A stretch of 64,000 nucleotides of DNA from Fibrobacteria bacterium (GCA_050294405.1 JBNKOC010000007.1:32001-96000); one strand, 5' to 3'. Shown: positions 37,889 to 49,498, counted from the first letter of the stretch. The notes: generated by a model from the sequence alone, not told the origin. Numbers and translations are program-made.

Positions 37889-40800
37889 TCACTTTAGAAG
37901 TAACTTATGTCCCGTTCCTTGGGTAACACCTTGGGTAACTCCACCAATCTGGACTTTCCATAAGTTGTAAGTCGTGCCAGCGGATACTGTAGTAGCTGCT
38001 GGACCCACAGAGAAAATTCTGGAACGCCCCAAGCCCGGAATTCCTGTTACCGTAAGGCTAACGGAAACTACCTGAGGCGATGTTTGCCCAGGAGCATTGT
38101 GGGAGATCAAAATATTTTGATTATAAGTTCCCGGAGCAAGGCCCTCTGCATTGATAGTAACTACCAGATCACTGCTACCAGAAGCGGGTGTTGTTCCCGA
38201 TAGCCGGCTTAACTGCAACCAAGGGGGAATTGTGGGGCCTAAGGCCACAGCGTTGGAAAGGATTTGCGCCCAATTTGCATTGTAAGTATAAAAATCAGGT
38301 GCCATTGTAATGACCCGGCCACTATGAATTTTATTTTCGGCAATGGCAGCATATGAAGAGTAACTCGCTAATACTTCTGCTGAACCACTAACACTGTAAT
38401 AAGCACAAGCATTATTCATATATACAGTGGAAGTAATTCCGGTAAATAGTTCATTGGTTGGATCTTCAATAACAATAGCACCGCCGCTGTTTAAGCCTGC
38501 ATAACTAATATCCATTAAACCTGCTTCAGACAAAAAACTGGCTGGATTATAGCTGTGTCCAGGAAAGTGGTAAATTATAGTTCCACCTCTCTGTAAAAAA
38601 GCATCCAGAACTGTTGCGAAGGTAGTTCCTAAACCGGACGGTATTGGAATTGATTCCTGTTCCATAATAATGAAAACTTCTTTGTCCGCTAATTCCGCCG
38701 CCAAAGTCAAAGAATCCGTCGTAACAGAATTTGTAATAGTATGACTTGGTGCATAGTTTGTTATGGAACTAACAACATTAAGATATTCACCGGTCATGTC
38801 CGCGCCACGGGTATAAATCAAAATATCTATAACTCCTGGCCAGGCTGTGGGCATACCAAAGTCGATGGACCAATCTAAATTATCCCCTCCAGCATTGGAA
38901 ATACTGAGCTGATGATCTTCTGAACTTCCCACAGCTAAGCTGGTTGAAATATCAGCAGGAGACACAGCAATAGAAGGAGGTTCAACCCCCTCGCCGCTTG
39001 AGGAAACCGTTAAAGTTGGATTATCATCCGCATTACTTGTGATAGTTAATACGGCAGATTCTACTCCCGGGCTAGAAGGATTAAAGGAAACATCCACAGT
39101 AACGGAAGAAAATGCATCCACAGATATGGGAAAAGCACCTGTAATTGTGTAAATGGGATTTGAAGTGCTGATGTTTGTAACTTGAGTGGGTTGGTTGCCA
39201 GTATTTTCCAAAACTATTTGTAAGGTTGAGCTGTTTCCAACCCATATGCTGCCGAAATCAAGATTTGTTGGACTAACGCTTAGTCTCGACTCTCCAGCAA
39301 CGTTTAATGTTACGGGGATATTCAATGGATTGGTCACAAGAGGAGAATTGTGAATCAAATTTAAATTGGCTGTATATTCTCCCGCCAACAAATTACTTGA
39401 ATTTAGCTCAATGCTAATATCCCGGGAACTACCAGGGTCTACGGTTCCAGATGAAATATCTGCAGAAATCCAGGAATTATTTCCCACGGCGCCTTGTAAT
39501 AAGTAATTCATAGCATTTGGGAATAGAAATTCGGCCAATCCGGAGGGATAATAATACTCTAAAGTCAGTGTCGATACTAACACCGTGCCTGCACCCATAT
39601 CATATTCAATTAATGTGGGCTGATTGCTAACATTAGTAATAATAGTATCCGCCCCATTTGGTACAACTGATATAAAATTATGGCTTGCAGAATTCCCAGT
39701 GATTGGGCTTGTTACCCCTTCCACAATGGGATGTTCATTATTCATAATGTAATTGGTACCTGACGTGGAATAACTAACTGTCCCGGAATTTGGTATGGAC
39801 TGTGTAATCCCTGAAAAAGTGCAGGAATTATAAAAAACAATTCCTCCAGAACTTATATAATTTTCGAATCTGGCCATATTTGCATCCAAATTAGAATAGT
39901 ATGTACTTGACTGGACAGATGATGTTACTATCAAATCAAACTGTGCAAAGTCGGTTGTAGCTACCGCAGAAGAAGGTATTATAGTTACAATAGCACCAAG
40001 GGTTACCAAAAGGGGTTCTGTTACATCTTTACTCCAGGGCAAAGCATCCCGAATTAATAGCACGTTTTCGCCAGCAAGGGGAACATTTAAATCTGAATTA
40101 AAGGGCCCGGGGTTTTCCATTGGAGACTGAGTATTTCCCATCAGAGGATCTCCGTATTGGGCCAAAATATCATTTTTAAATTGTTCTGGTATTTCAAGTT
40201 GGTAAACACCAAGGGGATTGGATAGGTAATCCACATCTAAGTTAAAACTCAATACATCTCCACCCAGGTTATCTACAGAAAGGATATGGTTTGAAATTTC
40301 ATCTGGCCCCAGATTATCACTAATGTTAGCCGGGCTTACGGAAATTTCTGGTGGCGCTATTCCTGTTCCATTTAAAGTTACCGGAAGACTTGGGTTATAC
40401 TCAGCATCACTATTAATAGTCAATGTTCCAGATTCTGTCCCTAAATCCACAGGACTAAATGTTACCTCAAAGAATTGAGAGTTCCCTGGTGTCAATACTA
40501 TAGGTAAGCCTAAAGAATAACTAAACTCTGCATTGTCAATGGTTATTGAGTTTACTTGCGTTTGTTCCGTACCATTATTTTCTAATACAAATGTAAAAGC
40601 TGAATTTTGCCCAGCCCAAACATTTCCAAAATCATGGGAACCAGGTGTTACAGTTAAACTTTTAATACCATCCACATTTAAGTCTACAGGGATACTTAAT
40701 GGATTTGTATGACCCGGAACATTGTGGTTAAATTCCACTATTCCTGTGTAATCTCCACCTAAAACACCCGTACCACCCAAAGATACAATCACATTAGTAG

Positions 40801-43800
40801 AGCCACCTGCTGGAACTGTAATAGGGGTACCCTGATTTTGAACATTTAACCATGGTGGAGTGGAGGTGTATCTCATTGCATTTTCAAGAAGTATTAAAAA
40901 ATCACCAGACCAATAGGAATTGCTAGCAGCATAAACATTTAAATTTACGATGGACTTTTCTGGATTATAGGCACCTATAAGATATCCATTTGTTAAAGTT
41001 CCAAGTGATTGTCCCTGACCTTGCGTAGATGTAACGTAGGCATAATACGAAAATGTAAGGGAGCTTACTCCTTCTGTAATAGGATGGGAAACCAAGGTTC
41101 CAAGGCTGGCTGAAGAACTTGAATAGGTAGTTACTGCAGAAATCGGAGAGTAATCTGGAGTCATTATTCTACCTTGGAGAACCCAATTGCCTGTTCCATG
41201 GAAATTTAAACCCAGCAATACAACTCTTCCTCCAGCATCCACGTAATCGGCAAGTACATCACCAATCTGTATTTGATTATACCAACTACTATTTGAAGCC
41301 ACTACAACTACATCAAAATTTAAAAGACTATCTAATTGTGGTTCTTGTACACTGCCATTTATTAACTCCACATTAGCTACCTGAGTCATTGCTTGCAATT
41401 GGGATTCTAAAGTAGAATAGGTGGTGTTACTGGTAGCAAGCAATCCCACATTCATATCAGTAACTGCGCCTAAACCAGGCAAAACAGAAGCAGCATTGAT
41501 TCCACGCGCCGTAAATACCAAATCGTCACCACCTAAGTTTTCAACGGTTAATGGCACATCCACAATTTCTTCACCCACAACTGCTTCTGAAATAGCAGAA
41601 GGAGTTATGGATATTTGAGGAGGCTCAACTCCTGTTCCACTTAAGGTTACCGGAAGACTTGGATTATCCTCGGCATCAGAATTAATCGTAAGCGTTCCTG
41701 ATTCCGTACCTAAATCCGCAGGACTAAATGTGACCTCAAAGGTTTGAGAGTTTCCTGGAGTTAATACTATTGGTAAGCCTAGAGAATAGCTAAACTCTGC
41801 ATTATCAATGGTTATTGAATTTACCTGCGTTTCCTCAGTACCATTATTTGCTAATTCAAATTCAAAAACGGAGTTTTGACCAACCCACACATTTCCAAAA
41901 TCATTGGAACTTGGCGTTACAGTTAAGCTTTTAATTCCATCCACATTTAAATCTACAGGGATACTTAACGGATTTGTTTGACCTGGAACATTGTGGCTAA
42001 ACTCCACCATTCCGCTATAATCTCCACCTAAAACACCTGCTCCTCCCAAAGAAACAATAACGTCTGTGGAACTACCTGCGGGAACTGTAATCGGAGTCCC
42101 TTGGTTTTGAACACTTAACCATGGTGGAGTGGCTGTATAGCGCATTGCATTTTCAAGAAGGATTAAAAAATCTCCAGACCAATAGGAATTGCTTGCAGTG
42201 TAAACATTTAAATTGACTATAGGTTTTTCAGGATTATATGCTCCAACTAGATACCCATTTGAATAGCTGCCCAGTGACACCCCTAAGCCTTGAGTGGCAA
42301 TAGCTAGCGCGTAGTAAGATGAGCTCAGAGTGCTAACTCCTTCCGTTATCGGATGAGTAATAAGAGTTCCAAGGGTAGCAGTAGAGCTACTATAGTTACT
42401 TGCTGTTCCAATGGGTGAATACTCTGGAGTCATAATACGGCCTTGGAGAGCCCAAGTGCCTGTTCCATGAAAATTTACACCCAAAATTACAACTCTTCCT
42501 CCAGCATCCACATAGTCAGCAAGCACATCGCCAATTTGTATTTGATTATACCAGCTTGTATTTGAAGCGACCACAACCACATCAAAATTTAAAAGGCTCT
42601 CTAACAGAGGTACTTGCAAATTCCCATTTATAAATTCCACATTAGCTACTTGAGACATTGCCTGTAAATGGGATTGCAAAGTGCTAAACGAAGTACTGGT
42701 AGCAAGAAGCCCCACATTCATATTGGTAACCGCCCCAAAGCTGGGAGCCAATGGAGAACTTTCAGCTCCTCTAGCCGTAAATACCAAATCGTCACCACCT
42801 AAATTTTCAACGGTTAATGGCACATCCACTATTTCTTCACCCACAACTGCTTCTGAAATAGCAGATGGAGTTATGGAGATTTGGGGTGGCTCAACCCCTG
42901 CACCATTTGCGTTTACAGTTAAACTGGGATTATCTTCCGCATCACTAATAATGGTAATTGTAGTTACATCAGCATCTAAATCAATTGGTGAGTAAGTAAT
43001 GGTCAGCGCCAATGCTCCATCAGCAGCTACTGTAGCAGGTAATGTTAAATTATGGGTAAACTCCGCCCCTGAAATATTAATACTATTGATTTGGGTAGCT
43101 TCACTGCCAGGGTTACTCAAAATAAAATCGAAAGTGGAAGTCGAACCAATCCAAATATTGCCAAAATCGTGGGACAAAGGCGAAACATCTAAATTTCGTA
43201 CCCCATCCACATACAAGCTAACTGGAATTGTAATGGCATTGGTAGCGGGAACATTGTGGTTTATGGTTAATTCTCCGGTATAATTTCCAGGAGTAACATT
43301 AACCCCATTAAATAAAACTGGTATATTCGCAGTTTCGGCAGGGTTTACATTACCTTCAGATTGGCTGATTTTTAACCAGGACCCATTGCCACCCGTTGCT
43401 AACCAGTCAACAGCTGTATTTGCAAATAATCTGTTTTTATAATTAATCATATTATTGTTTGTAAAAATTTCATCGCAAACAGATATAATCGCTCCAGCGC
43501 CAATAATTGCCGCTGCTGAAAACGGGTTTCCTGAAATGTCCTCAACGAGTAATTCCGTGTTTCCAGACAGTATTAACCCAGCCACTGGACCAGGTATATT
43601 TAACGTATCTACACCTTCAGTTGCGGAGTGTTCCATAATATTGGTACTAATTCCAGATGAATATGGCCCCGTGTAAGTTATACCATATTTATTAAAAAAG
43701 GGTGCCATAGAACCAGGTTGGTCTCCTTGATACAGAATTGCGCCCCCGTTTGCAAGCCAGCCATCAATAGCCGCTTCTTCCGCTGCACTCCAGTTTGAGG

Positions 43801-46800
43801 ATGGATCCTGCATATAAATAACATCGATACCCGCTAAAATGCCCTCAGTATATAGTGAAGAATTATCAATTACTGTAGCCCCTCTGGCCGCTAAATCACC
43901 TGAAACCACTGAAAATGTGGCGCTTGAAGAACTGCTATGGACCAAGTCGAAGGCAATGGTTTTACCTGTTAGATCCGCCGCTTGTATTACAATGGACGGT
44001 GCGGCAACACTGTTTGGATTATAAACAGGAAGTTCGTCATTTCCTGATATTAATGGATAAACCTCAAAAGAGGAAAGAGTATATGAGCTTAAATTCTGAA
44101 CAGTAGGACTTGTAAGTGTTTCAAATTCCAAACCCCAATTAAGAACATCTCCCCCATCATTTGAAATATTCAATACACTATTCAAACTGTCGCCATATAA
44201 AACAGTTTCACTATAAGCTAGAGGATTTGCCACAATACCTGGAGGCTCTATACCATTGCCATTTAAACTGATTGTTAGAGAGGGGTTATCTTCAGCATTA
44301 CTGCTGATGGTTAATATTCCAGTTTCGGCGCCTAATGCATCTGGTGAAAAATTCGCACTCACTTCAACACTGGAGTAAGCTGACACGACAATGGGAAAAC
44401 TTCCTGAAACTGTGAAAACAGAGTTATCGGAAGTTATGGAGGAGATTGAAGTGGCTTCATTAGAATTATTGACCAGGGTCAGGAGCAAGCTCGTGCTACT
44501 CCCATTCCATACATCTCCAAAATCGAGGCTTGTGGGGTTTGCGGTTAAGCTTCTAAAACCATCCACATTTAAGGTTACCTCAATGATAAAGGACGAATTT
44601 GAAGGATCGTTAGTAGCTACTGAGATTTCCCCTGTATAGGTCCCTCCCAGCAATTCTGCAGGGTTAACATTTATAAATAAGTCTTGAGTGCCCCCGGGAT
44701 TTACAGTCCCAACTCCTGCAGGTCCTGCAGTGAGCCAATTAGGCCCAACTTCGGCAATGGCATTGTTTACATTAAGACGGCCACCTGTAACAGTTATTCC
44801 GTTCATGGAAGGTACTTGATCCACCGTGTTCATCAAAATATTTTTAACTTCTTGGAATGTTAGACTAGGGTTTAAAGACCAAATTAAACCTGCTGCACCG
44901 GATACATGAGGAGTAGCCATGGATGTCCCACTCAAAAGCCTGTAGGAATTGCCAGGAGAACAACTATATGTATCTACACCTGGAGCTCCCAAATCTACAC
45001 TTGTTAACCCATAGCTTGAAAAAGATGCTTTAGCATCATTTCTGTCTGTTGCGGCCACTGCAAGTACATTAGGTAAATCATAAGATGAGGGATAATGGGG
45101 GCTTGAATCGTTGTTAGAATTGCTATTTCCGGCGGCAGCCACAAACAAGCCACCCAAGGCGATTTCATCCATTAAGGCCTGGGAAAAACCTCCCCCGCCC
45201 CAACTATTACTGGTAATATGAACGCCCATGGCATTGGCATAATTCACACTGGAAATGGCATTGGCTGTGGAACCACTTCCACCATCATCCAGAAATTTTA
45301 TAGCCATAAGTTGTGCATCCCACATGACACCCGCCACACCAATACCATTATTGCCCCTTCCTGCAATAGTTCCAGCACAGTGAGTCCCGTGGTAATGCCC
45401 GTCCATTGGATTAGCATCTCCATAGGCAAAATCCCAACCATGGATATCATCTATAAAACCATTTCCGTCATCATCAACACCGGCTGTGCCAGATGCTTCG
45501 GCTGCATTTACCCATATATTGTCCACTAAATCGGGATGTAAATAATCAATGCCTGTATCAATTACTCCAATTGTTACAGATTTATTGCCAGTATGGATGT
45601 CCCAGGCTTCCACTGCATCTATATCAGCATCTAGCGTGCCTCCTGACTGGCCTATGTTGTGCATACCGTATAATTGGGAAAAACTTGCATCATCAGGGAT
45701 GGCTCCAAGTTGAATTAGATAGTTGGGTTCCGCATAAGCCACATTTTGATCCAAAATAAGGGTTTGAATGGCTGCAATAACATCATTTGCTTCCTGTGAT
45801 TCAATAGTTATCAAAAATAATTTGCGGCCCTGATGCGCCGCCAATCCGGTTTTGGGGTTAATAGCTAGAGCCAATTCTTCTGTTTTTACAGTGTTAATTG
45901 CAGCTAACACCTGTGTATCGAAGAAACTACTTTGTCCATTTTTTAAAGCAACAATTATGTTACCAGGAACAAAAGCATTTGCATAGTTTTCATTGCTGTA
46001 AATTTTATCATTTTGGATTGTCGGCAAAGAATAGCCAGAATTACTATTAAATGTAGGAGAGCTGGTTTCCTGTACACTTACAATTTGGAATTCCAACACA
46101 TCCCCCCCGCTATTGCCCAACACCGAAGTCAAATCCACGGGAGAACTTGCGGGATTTAAATCCAAAGTAAAACTAAGAGGACTCAAACTAGCTGAAGGAG
46201 GAGAAGTTGCAGTCCCAATTGCTGAAAAAGTCAGGCTCGGGTTGTCCTCAGCATCGCTCAGGATATCAAAATTTCCAGAATGGCTACCGAGAGCCGATGG
46301 GTTAAAACTCACATTAAAGCTGGCAGAGCCAAAAGCCGGTACAGTAAGGGGTAAAATTCCATCATGATCGAATGTAGGGGTATTATCGCCATTTATGGCA
46401 TTAATAGTCGTTAATTCATCACCAGCATTTACAACTTCAACTCTATAGGTGGAGGATGCTCCCTGCCATACATTTCCAAAATCATGAGAAGTAGCGGTGA
46501 AATTTAACCGCCGCATCCCGTCCACATATAAATTGACAGGAATAACAATGGGATTGGACTCAGCAGGGTCGTTGTGGGACAGTTCTATAGTTCCATTATA
46601 ACTTCCTCCCAACAAATCAGTGGCATCCAAAATCACATCAATATTTATAGACTCTCCTGAGGCTAAGGTCCCTGATTCAGTGGACAAGGACAGCCAGTCT
46701 GGGCCTGCACTGAACTCAACGGCCAGAGAGTTTCTCAAATAGGATGCGTTGTATACAACTCCAAGTCCATCGTCTCGGGTACTATTTTGAATTCCCACGG

Positions 46801-49498
46801 TACTGGACAATACAGTTCCGGTTAAACTGTTGTAATAAAGGTTGATTTTACCGTTGTCGTGAAGCACAAACTGAAAGGTCACACTGCCGGAGCCACTGTA
46901 ATAAGCTACGGCATTAAATTGTACAATAGCATATGTCCCAAAGTCTTGGAAATAAACATTGCCTCCACCGCCGGGCCTAAGATCATCCCAAAAGCCAGCA
47001 ATAACATTTGCTGGAGCGCTCGTGGAAGGTAGAGGGTAATTTGTATACCCTGAATATGAAGTTCCAAATGTAATAACGCCATTAGAGCTAACATACATAC
47101 TGCTATAATCAGTCCCGTAAAAGTTAAAGGGGAAGCTTAGAGATTGTAATTGGGTGCAATCATCACACCCAGAAATAGTGGACATTACGGTTCCTGTAGT
47201 GCTGATATTATTCCAAACATAAGTAGGGCCTGAAGGTTCATCTGAATCGGACCATTTATATCCATACATGTCCGGGCCACCGGAACCATTAGGAACTATT
47301 TGGCCAATTCGGTTGTCGGGGGCCCCTTTTGGTAAAATTTGGAAATGTTCCGGAGAGTAACTTGCTGGAGGTATTGTAGCCGCAAAACTAGCAACCACTG
47401 GAGATAAATTATATGCTAAATCAGCGCCACCACTGTTTTCAATGGTTAGTGTAGCCGTGGCGCTTCCCCCCACCCCAACAGTTTCAGATATCGCACCGGG
47501 ACTATAAACAATCGCAGAAGGTGGCACGCCGTTTCCACTTAAGTTTACGCCAAGGCTGGGGTTATCTGCCGCGTCACTGGATATGGTTAAAGCGCCTGAC
47601 TCGGAACTTTCTGATGTTGGAATAAATACCACATCTAAAATTAAGTTGCCTCCAGCAGGCACCTGAAAAGGCAGGCTTGCCCCTGTTGTAAATACAGCAT
47701 TATCAGTACTAATCCCAGACACTATGGTTGCTTCGCCACCTGAGTTGCTCAATGTAAGCTCAAGGGTGGAAGCAGCGCCTACACCAACACTTCCAAAGTC
47801 TAATGAAGTGGGGCTTACTGCTAAGTTTTTGACTAAAGGAGCCAAACCTGCAGCTGCCCATACATCTGAAACTGTGGCGGCATTATAGCCCAAAGTTGTA
47901 GCAGCTAAAATCCAGGCATCTCTGGAATCCCTGTAATTAGAATTGGCCGTTAACAAAAATCTATTAGCATACATGGCTATTTCGCCAGCTTGCTCAATGC
48001 CTAAACCAGTTATAGAATAGGCGTGGCCATCATTAGTGCCCGTGCCACCCTCTGATAACAGATAAAAAACAAAGTTTTGAACCCCGCTATTGGTATGAAC
48101 CCCGCCATTATCACCGGAACCTGTGTACCAATATGTTCCTTGATAATATGAGGGTTGTCCGAATCTCTGTGGGTCCCGCAAATCCCTTAAAGCTTCATCA
48201 CTCAACCAGGAATCCTCCCCCATCATCCAATCCGCTTCTCCATCCACTCCCAAAGGATAGGCGGACCTTGCGTCGGGCTGACCGTAAAATTCCACCAAAG
48301 CTCCCAATATATCGGAATAAGATTCATTAAGCGCACCAGACTCGTAGGAATAAACCAAGTCAGATGTATAATCAGTAATAGCATGGCCGAATTCATGAGC
48401 GGCAATATCAAGAGTGGTCAAAGCATTCGCGGTCACTCCATCCCCATCTCCAAAATACAACTGAGAACCGTCCCAATAGGCATTTACATAATTGGTATTT
48501 ACATGGACATTTGCCGTTGCGAAGGCTCCTGCATTATCAAAGCTGCTCTGGCCTAATACGGTAGTTACATAGTCCTGGACAATTTCCATATTTTTGGCCA
48601 GGGATACGGCAGCGGGGTCAGTATTCGCCCAAAGTCCTGTATTGTTTTGTTCCCAATCTGCGGCATCTTCGTTAAATACGCCCCAAAGGTTGTTGGAATT
48701 CCACAAGAAATATTGGGATGTATTGTCCAACCAGCCATTAATATCAACCAGGCTCCCATCTTCATCGGGCAAACGGTTGCCACTTACATTATTTTCACTG
48801 CCCCCCACAGGAGCGGCGTGCATCAATTTATTTTCCTTAAATAAAAGCTCACCTGTTCCAGCATCCATGTATGCTTTCCAAAGAGCGGGAGTTTCAGGGG
48901 CTTCCACGGGAATTTCTACTTCAAAGGCCAAATGGCCATCAAATATTACCAAATTGCTGACGGCTTTTTGGATATTACCTTTTCCAAGGTTTTGCCTGAC
49001 TGAATTTATGGCAGAAGCGGCAGTGATAGCTGGGTTTACGTCCAAAGATATGTCTTCCGCAAATTTTCCGCTTACAGCATAAATCTCGTTTTGAGGATTA
49101 ACATGTACTATCATTTCGGAACCTACAACAGGGATGCTTTTATACAACTGTTGCAGACGAATATGTGTATTCCCCAGCTTGTCTTGTTGTTCTGATAAAA
49201 AATTAGCTGAGAAGCTATCCCCACGCCATTTGCTGTTTAAGCGGGCAATTATTCCATTGGCGGAATTTCCGCTCAACTTTACTTTACCCTGAATAGCCTT
49301 CTCACCTTCATTTAACAAGTCGTCTTTCGAAAGACCTTGCAGGTTTTTGAATCCGTTTTTGTATGGGTTCACAGGTCCGTCTGCCACATTTTCTGGATTG
49401 GAGCTAGGCCTTATTCCATAACCCGGAATTGTTAATCCAAGCAGCAAAGCAGCTGCTAGAAATCTAACTGCCGGTACTTTTCTAATAAAAGAAGTCAT
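37889..49498 (-). CDS. Giant secreted 3869-aa protease: thermolysin-like M4 + subtilisin S8 + many choice-of-anchor-D/Ig repeats and flavodoxin/GATase-like modules
   Basis: FTP/PepSY prodomain; NAYW, AHEFGH, GALNESYSD, GGVHTNSG (M4); VIDTG, HGTHCAG, AAGN, SGTSMATP (S8); repeated DFG.VW...SDAEDNP. Confidence 0.92.
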   Translation of the reverse strand: MTSFIRKVPAVRFLAAALLLGLTIPGYGIRPSSNPENVADGPVNPYKNGFKNLQGLSKDDLLNEGEKAIQGKVKLSGNSANGIIARLNSKWRGDSFSANFLSEQQDKLGNTHIRLQQLYKSIPVVGSEMIVHVNPQNEIYAVSGKFAEDISLDVNPAITAASAINSVRQNLGKGNIQKAVSNLVIFDGHLAFEVEIPVEAPETPALWKAYMDAGTGELLFKENKLMHAAPVGGSENNVSGNRLPDEDGSLVDINGWLDNTSQYFLWNSNNLWGVFNEDAADWEQNNTGLWANTDPAAVSLAKNMEIVQDYVTTVLGQSSFDNAGAFATANVHVNTNYVNAYWDGSQLYFGDGDGVTANALTTLDIAAHEFGHAITDYTSDLVYSYESGALNESYSDILGALVEFYGQPDARSAYPLGVDGEADWMMGEDSWLSDEALRDLRDPQRFGQPSYYQGTYWYTGSGDNGGVHTNSGVQNFVFYLLSEGGTGTNDGHAYSITGLGIEQAGEIAMYANRFLLTANSNYRDSRDAWILAATTLGYNAATVSDVWAAAGLAPLVKNLAVSPTSLDFGSVGVGAASTLELTLSNSGGEATIVSGISTDNAVFTTGASLPFQVPAGGNLILDVVFIPTSESSESGALTISSDAADNPSLGVNLSGNGVPPSAIVYSPGAISETVGVGGSATATLTIENSGGADLAYNLSPVVASFAATIPPASYSPEHFQILPKGAPDNRIGQIVPNGSGGPDMYGYKWSDSDEPSGPTYVWNNISTTGTVMSTISGCDDCTQLQSLSFPFNFYGTDYSSMYVSSNGVITFGTSYSGYTNYPLPSTSAPANVIAGFWDDLRPGGGGNVYFQDFGTYAIVQFNAVAYYSGSGSVTFQFVLHDNGKINLYYNSLTGTVLSSTVGIQNSTRDDGLGVVYNASYLRNSLAVEFSAGPDWLSLSTESGTLASGESINIDVILDATDLLGGSYNGTIELSHNDPAESNPIVIPVNLYVDGMRRLNFTATSHDFGNVWQGASSTYRVEVVNAGDELTTINAINGDNTPTFDHDGILPLTVPAFGSASFNVSFNPSALGSHSGNFDILSDAEDNPSLTFSAIGTATSPPSASLSPLSFTLDLNPASSPVDLTSVLGNSGGDVLEFQIVSVQETSSPTFNSNSGYSLPTIQNDKIYSNENYANAFVPGNIIVALKNGQSSFFDTQVLAAINTVKTEELALAINPKTGLAAHQGRKLFLITIESQEANDVIAAIQTLILDQNVAYAEPNYLIQLGAIPDDASFSQLYGMHNIGQSGGTLDADIDAVEAWDIHTGNKSVTIGVIDTGIDYLHPDLVDNIWVNAAEASGTAGVDDDGNGFIDDIHGWDFAYGDANPMDGHYHGTHCAGTIAGRGNNGIGVAGVMWDAQLMAIKFLDDGGSGSTANAISSVNYANAMGVHITSNSWGGGGFSQALMDEIALGGLFVAAAGNSNSNNDSSPHYPSSYDLPNVLAVAATDRNDAKASFSSYGLTSVDLGAPGVDTYSCSPGNSYRLLSGTSMATPHVSGAAGLIWSLNPSLTFQEVKNILMNTVDQVPSMNGITVTGGRLNVNNAIAEVGPNWLTAGPAGVGTVNPGGTQDLFINVNPAELLGGTYTGEISVATNDPSNSSFIIEVTLNVDGFRSLTANPTSLDFGDVWNGSSTSLLLTLVNNSNEATSISSITSDNSVFTVSGSFPIVVSAYSSVEVSANFSPDALGAETGILTISSNAEDNPSLTISLNGNGIEPPGIVANPLAYSETVLYGDSLNSVLNISNDGGDVLNWGLEFETLTSPTVQNLSSYTLSSFEVYPLISGNDELPVYNPNSVAAPSIVIQAADLTGKTIAFDLVHSSSSSATFSVVSGDLAARGATVIDNSSLYTEGILAGIDVIYMQDPSSNWSAAEEAAIDGWLANGGAILYQGDQPGSMAPFFNKYGITYTGPYSSGISTNIMEHSATEGVDTLNIPGPVAGLILSGNTELLVEDISGNPFSAAAIIGAGAIISVCDEIFTNNNMINYKNRLFANTAVDWLATGGNGSWLKISQSEGNVNPAETANIPVLFNGVNVTPGNYTGELTINHNVPATNAITIPVSLYVDGVRNLDVSPLSHDFGNIWIGSTSTFDFILSNPGSEATQINSINISGAEFTHNLTLPATVAADGALALTITYSPIDLDADVTTITIISDAEDNPSLTVNANGAGVEPPQISITPSAISEAVVGEEIVDVPLTVENLGGDDLVFTARGAESSPLAPSFGAVTNMNVGLLATSTSFSTLQSHLQAMSQVANVEFINGNLQVPLLESLLNFDVVVVASNTSWYNQIQIGDVLADYVDAGGRVVILGVNFHGTGTWALQGRIMTPEYSPIGTASNYSSSTATLGTLITHPITEGVSTLSSSYYALAIATQGLGVSLGSYSNGYLVGAYNPEKPIVNLNVYTASNSYWSGDFLILLENAMRYTATPPWLSVQNQGTPITVPAGSSTDVIVSLGGAGVLGGDYSGMVEFSHNVPGQTNPLSIPVDLNVDGIKSLTVTPSSNDFGNVWVGQNSVFEFELANNGTEETQVNSITIDNAEFSYSLGLPIVLTPGNSQTFEVTFSPADLGTESGTLTINSDAEDNPSLPVTLSGTGVEPPQISITPSAISEAVVGEEIVDVPLTVENLGGDDLVFTARGINAASVLPGLGAVTDMNVGLLATSNTTYSTLESQLQAMTQVANVELINGSVQEPQLDSLLNFDVVVVASNSSWYNQIQIGDVLADYVDAGGRVVLLGLNFHGTGNWVLQGRIMTPDYSPISAVTTYSSSSASLGTLVSHPITEGVSSLTFSYYAYVTSTQGQGQSLGTLTNGYLIGAYNPEKSIVNLNVYAASNSYWSGDFLILLENAMRYTSTPPWLNVQNQGTPITVPAGGSTNVIVSLGGTGVLGGDYTGIVEFNHNVPGHTNPLSIPVDLNVDGIKSLTVTPGSHDFGNVWAGQNSAFTFVLENNGTEQTQVNSITIDNAEFSYSLGLPIVLTPGNSQFFEVTFSPVDLGTESGTLTINSDAEYNPSLPVTLNGTGIAPPEISVSPANISDNLGPDEISNHILSVDNLGGDVLSFNLDVDYLSNPLGVYQLEIPEQFKNDILAQYGDPLMGNTQSPMENPGPFNSDLNVPLAGENVLLIRDALPWSKDVTEPLLVTLGAIVTIIPSSAVATTDFAQFDLIVTSSVQSSTYYSNLDANMARFENYISSGGIVFYNSCTFSGITQSIPNSGTVSYSTSGTNYIMNNEHPIVEGVTSPITGNSASHNFISVVPNGADTIITNVSNQPTLIEYDMGAGTVLVSTLTLEYYYPSGLAEFLFPNAMNYLLQGAVGNNSWISADISSGTVDPGSSRDISIELNSSNLLAGEYTANLNLIHNSPLVTNPLNIPVTLNVAGESRLSVSPTNLDFGSIWVGNSSTLQIVLENTGNQPTQVTNISTSNPIYTITGAFPISVDAFSSVTVDVSFNPSSPGVESAVLTITSNADDNPTLTVSSSGEGVEPPSIAVSPADISTSLAVGSSEDHQLSISNAGGDNLDWSIDFGMPTAWPGVIDILIYTRGADMTGEYLNVVSSITNYAPSHTITNSVTTDSLTLAAELADKEVFIIMEQESIPIPSGLGTTFATVLDAFLQRGGTIIYHFPGHSYNPASFLSEAGLMDISYAGLNSGGAIVIEDPTNELFTGITSTVYMNNACAYYSVSGSAEVLASYSSYAAIAENKIHSGRVITMAPDFYTYNANWAQILSNAVALGPTIPPWLQLSRLSGTTPASGSSDLVVTINAEGLAPGTYNQNILISHNAPGQTSPQVVSVSLTVTGIPGLGRSRIFSVGPAATTVSAGTTYNLWKVQIGGVTQGVTQGTGHKLLLK
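40365..42900 (-). repeat. Internal tandem duplication of about 1.27 kb (~422 aa) in the giant protease gene
   Basis: Near-identical DNA at an offset of 1266-1269 nt (GTCACCACCT at 41525 and 42791; CCACATTTAA at 40672 and 41941). Confidence 0.9.
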
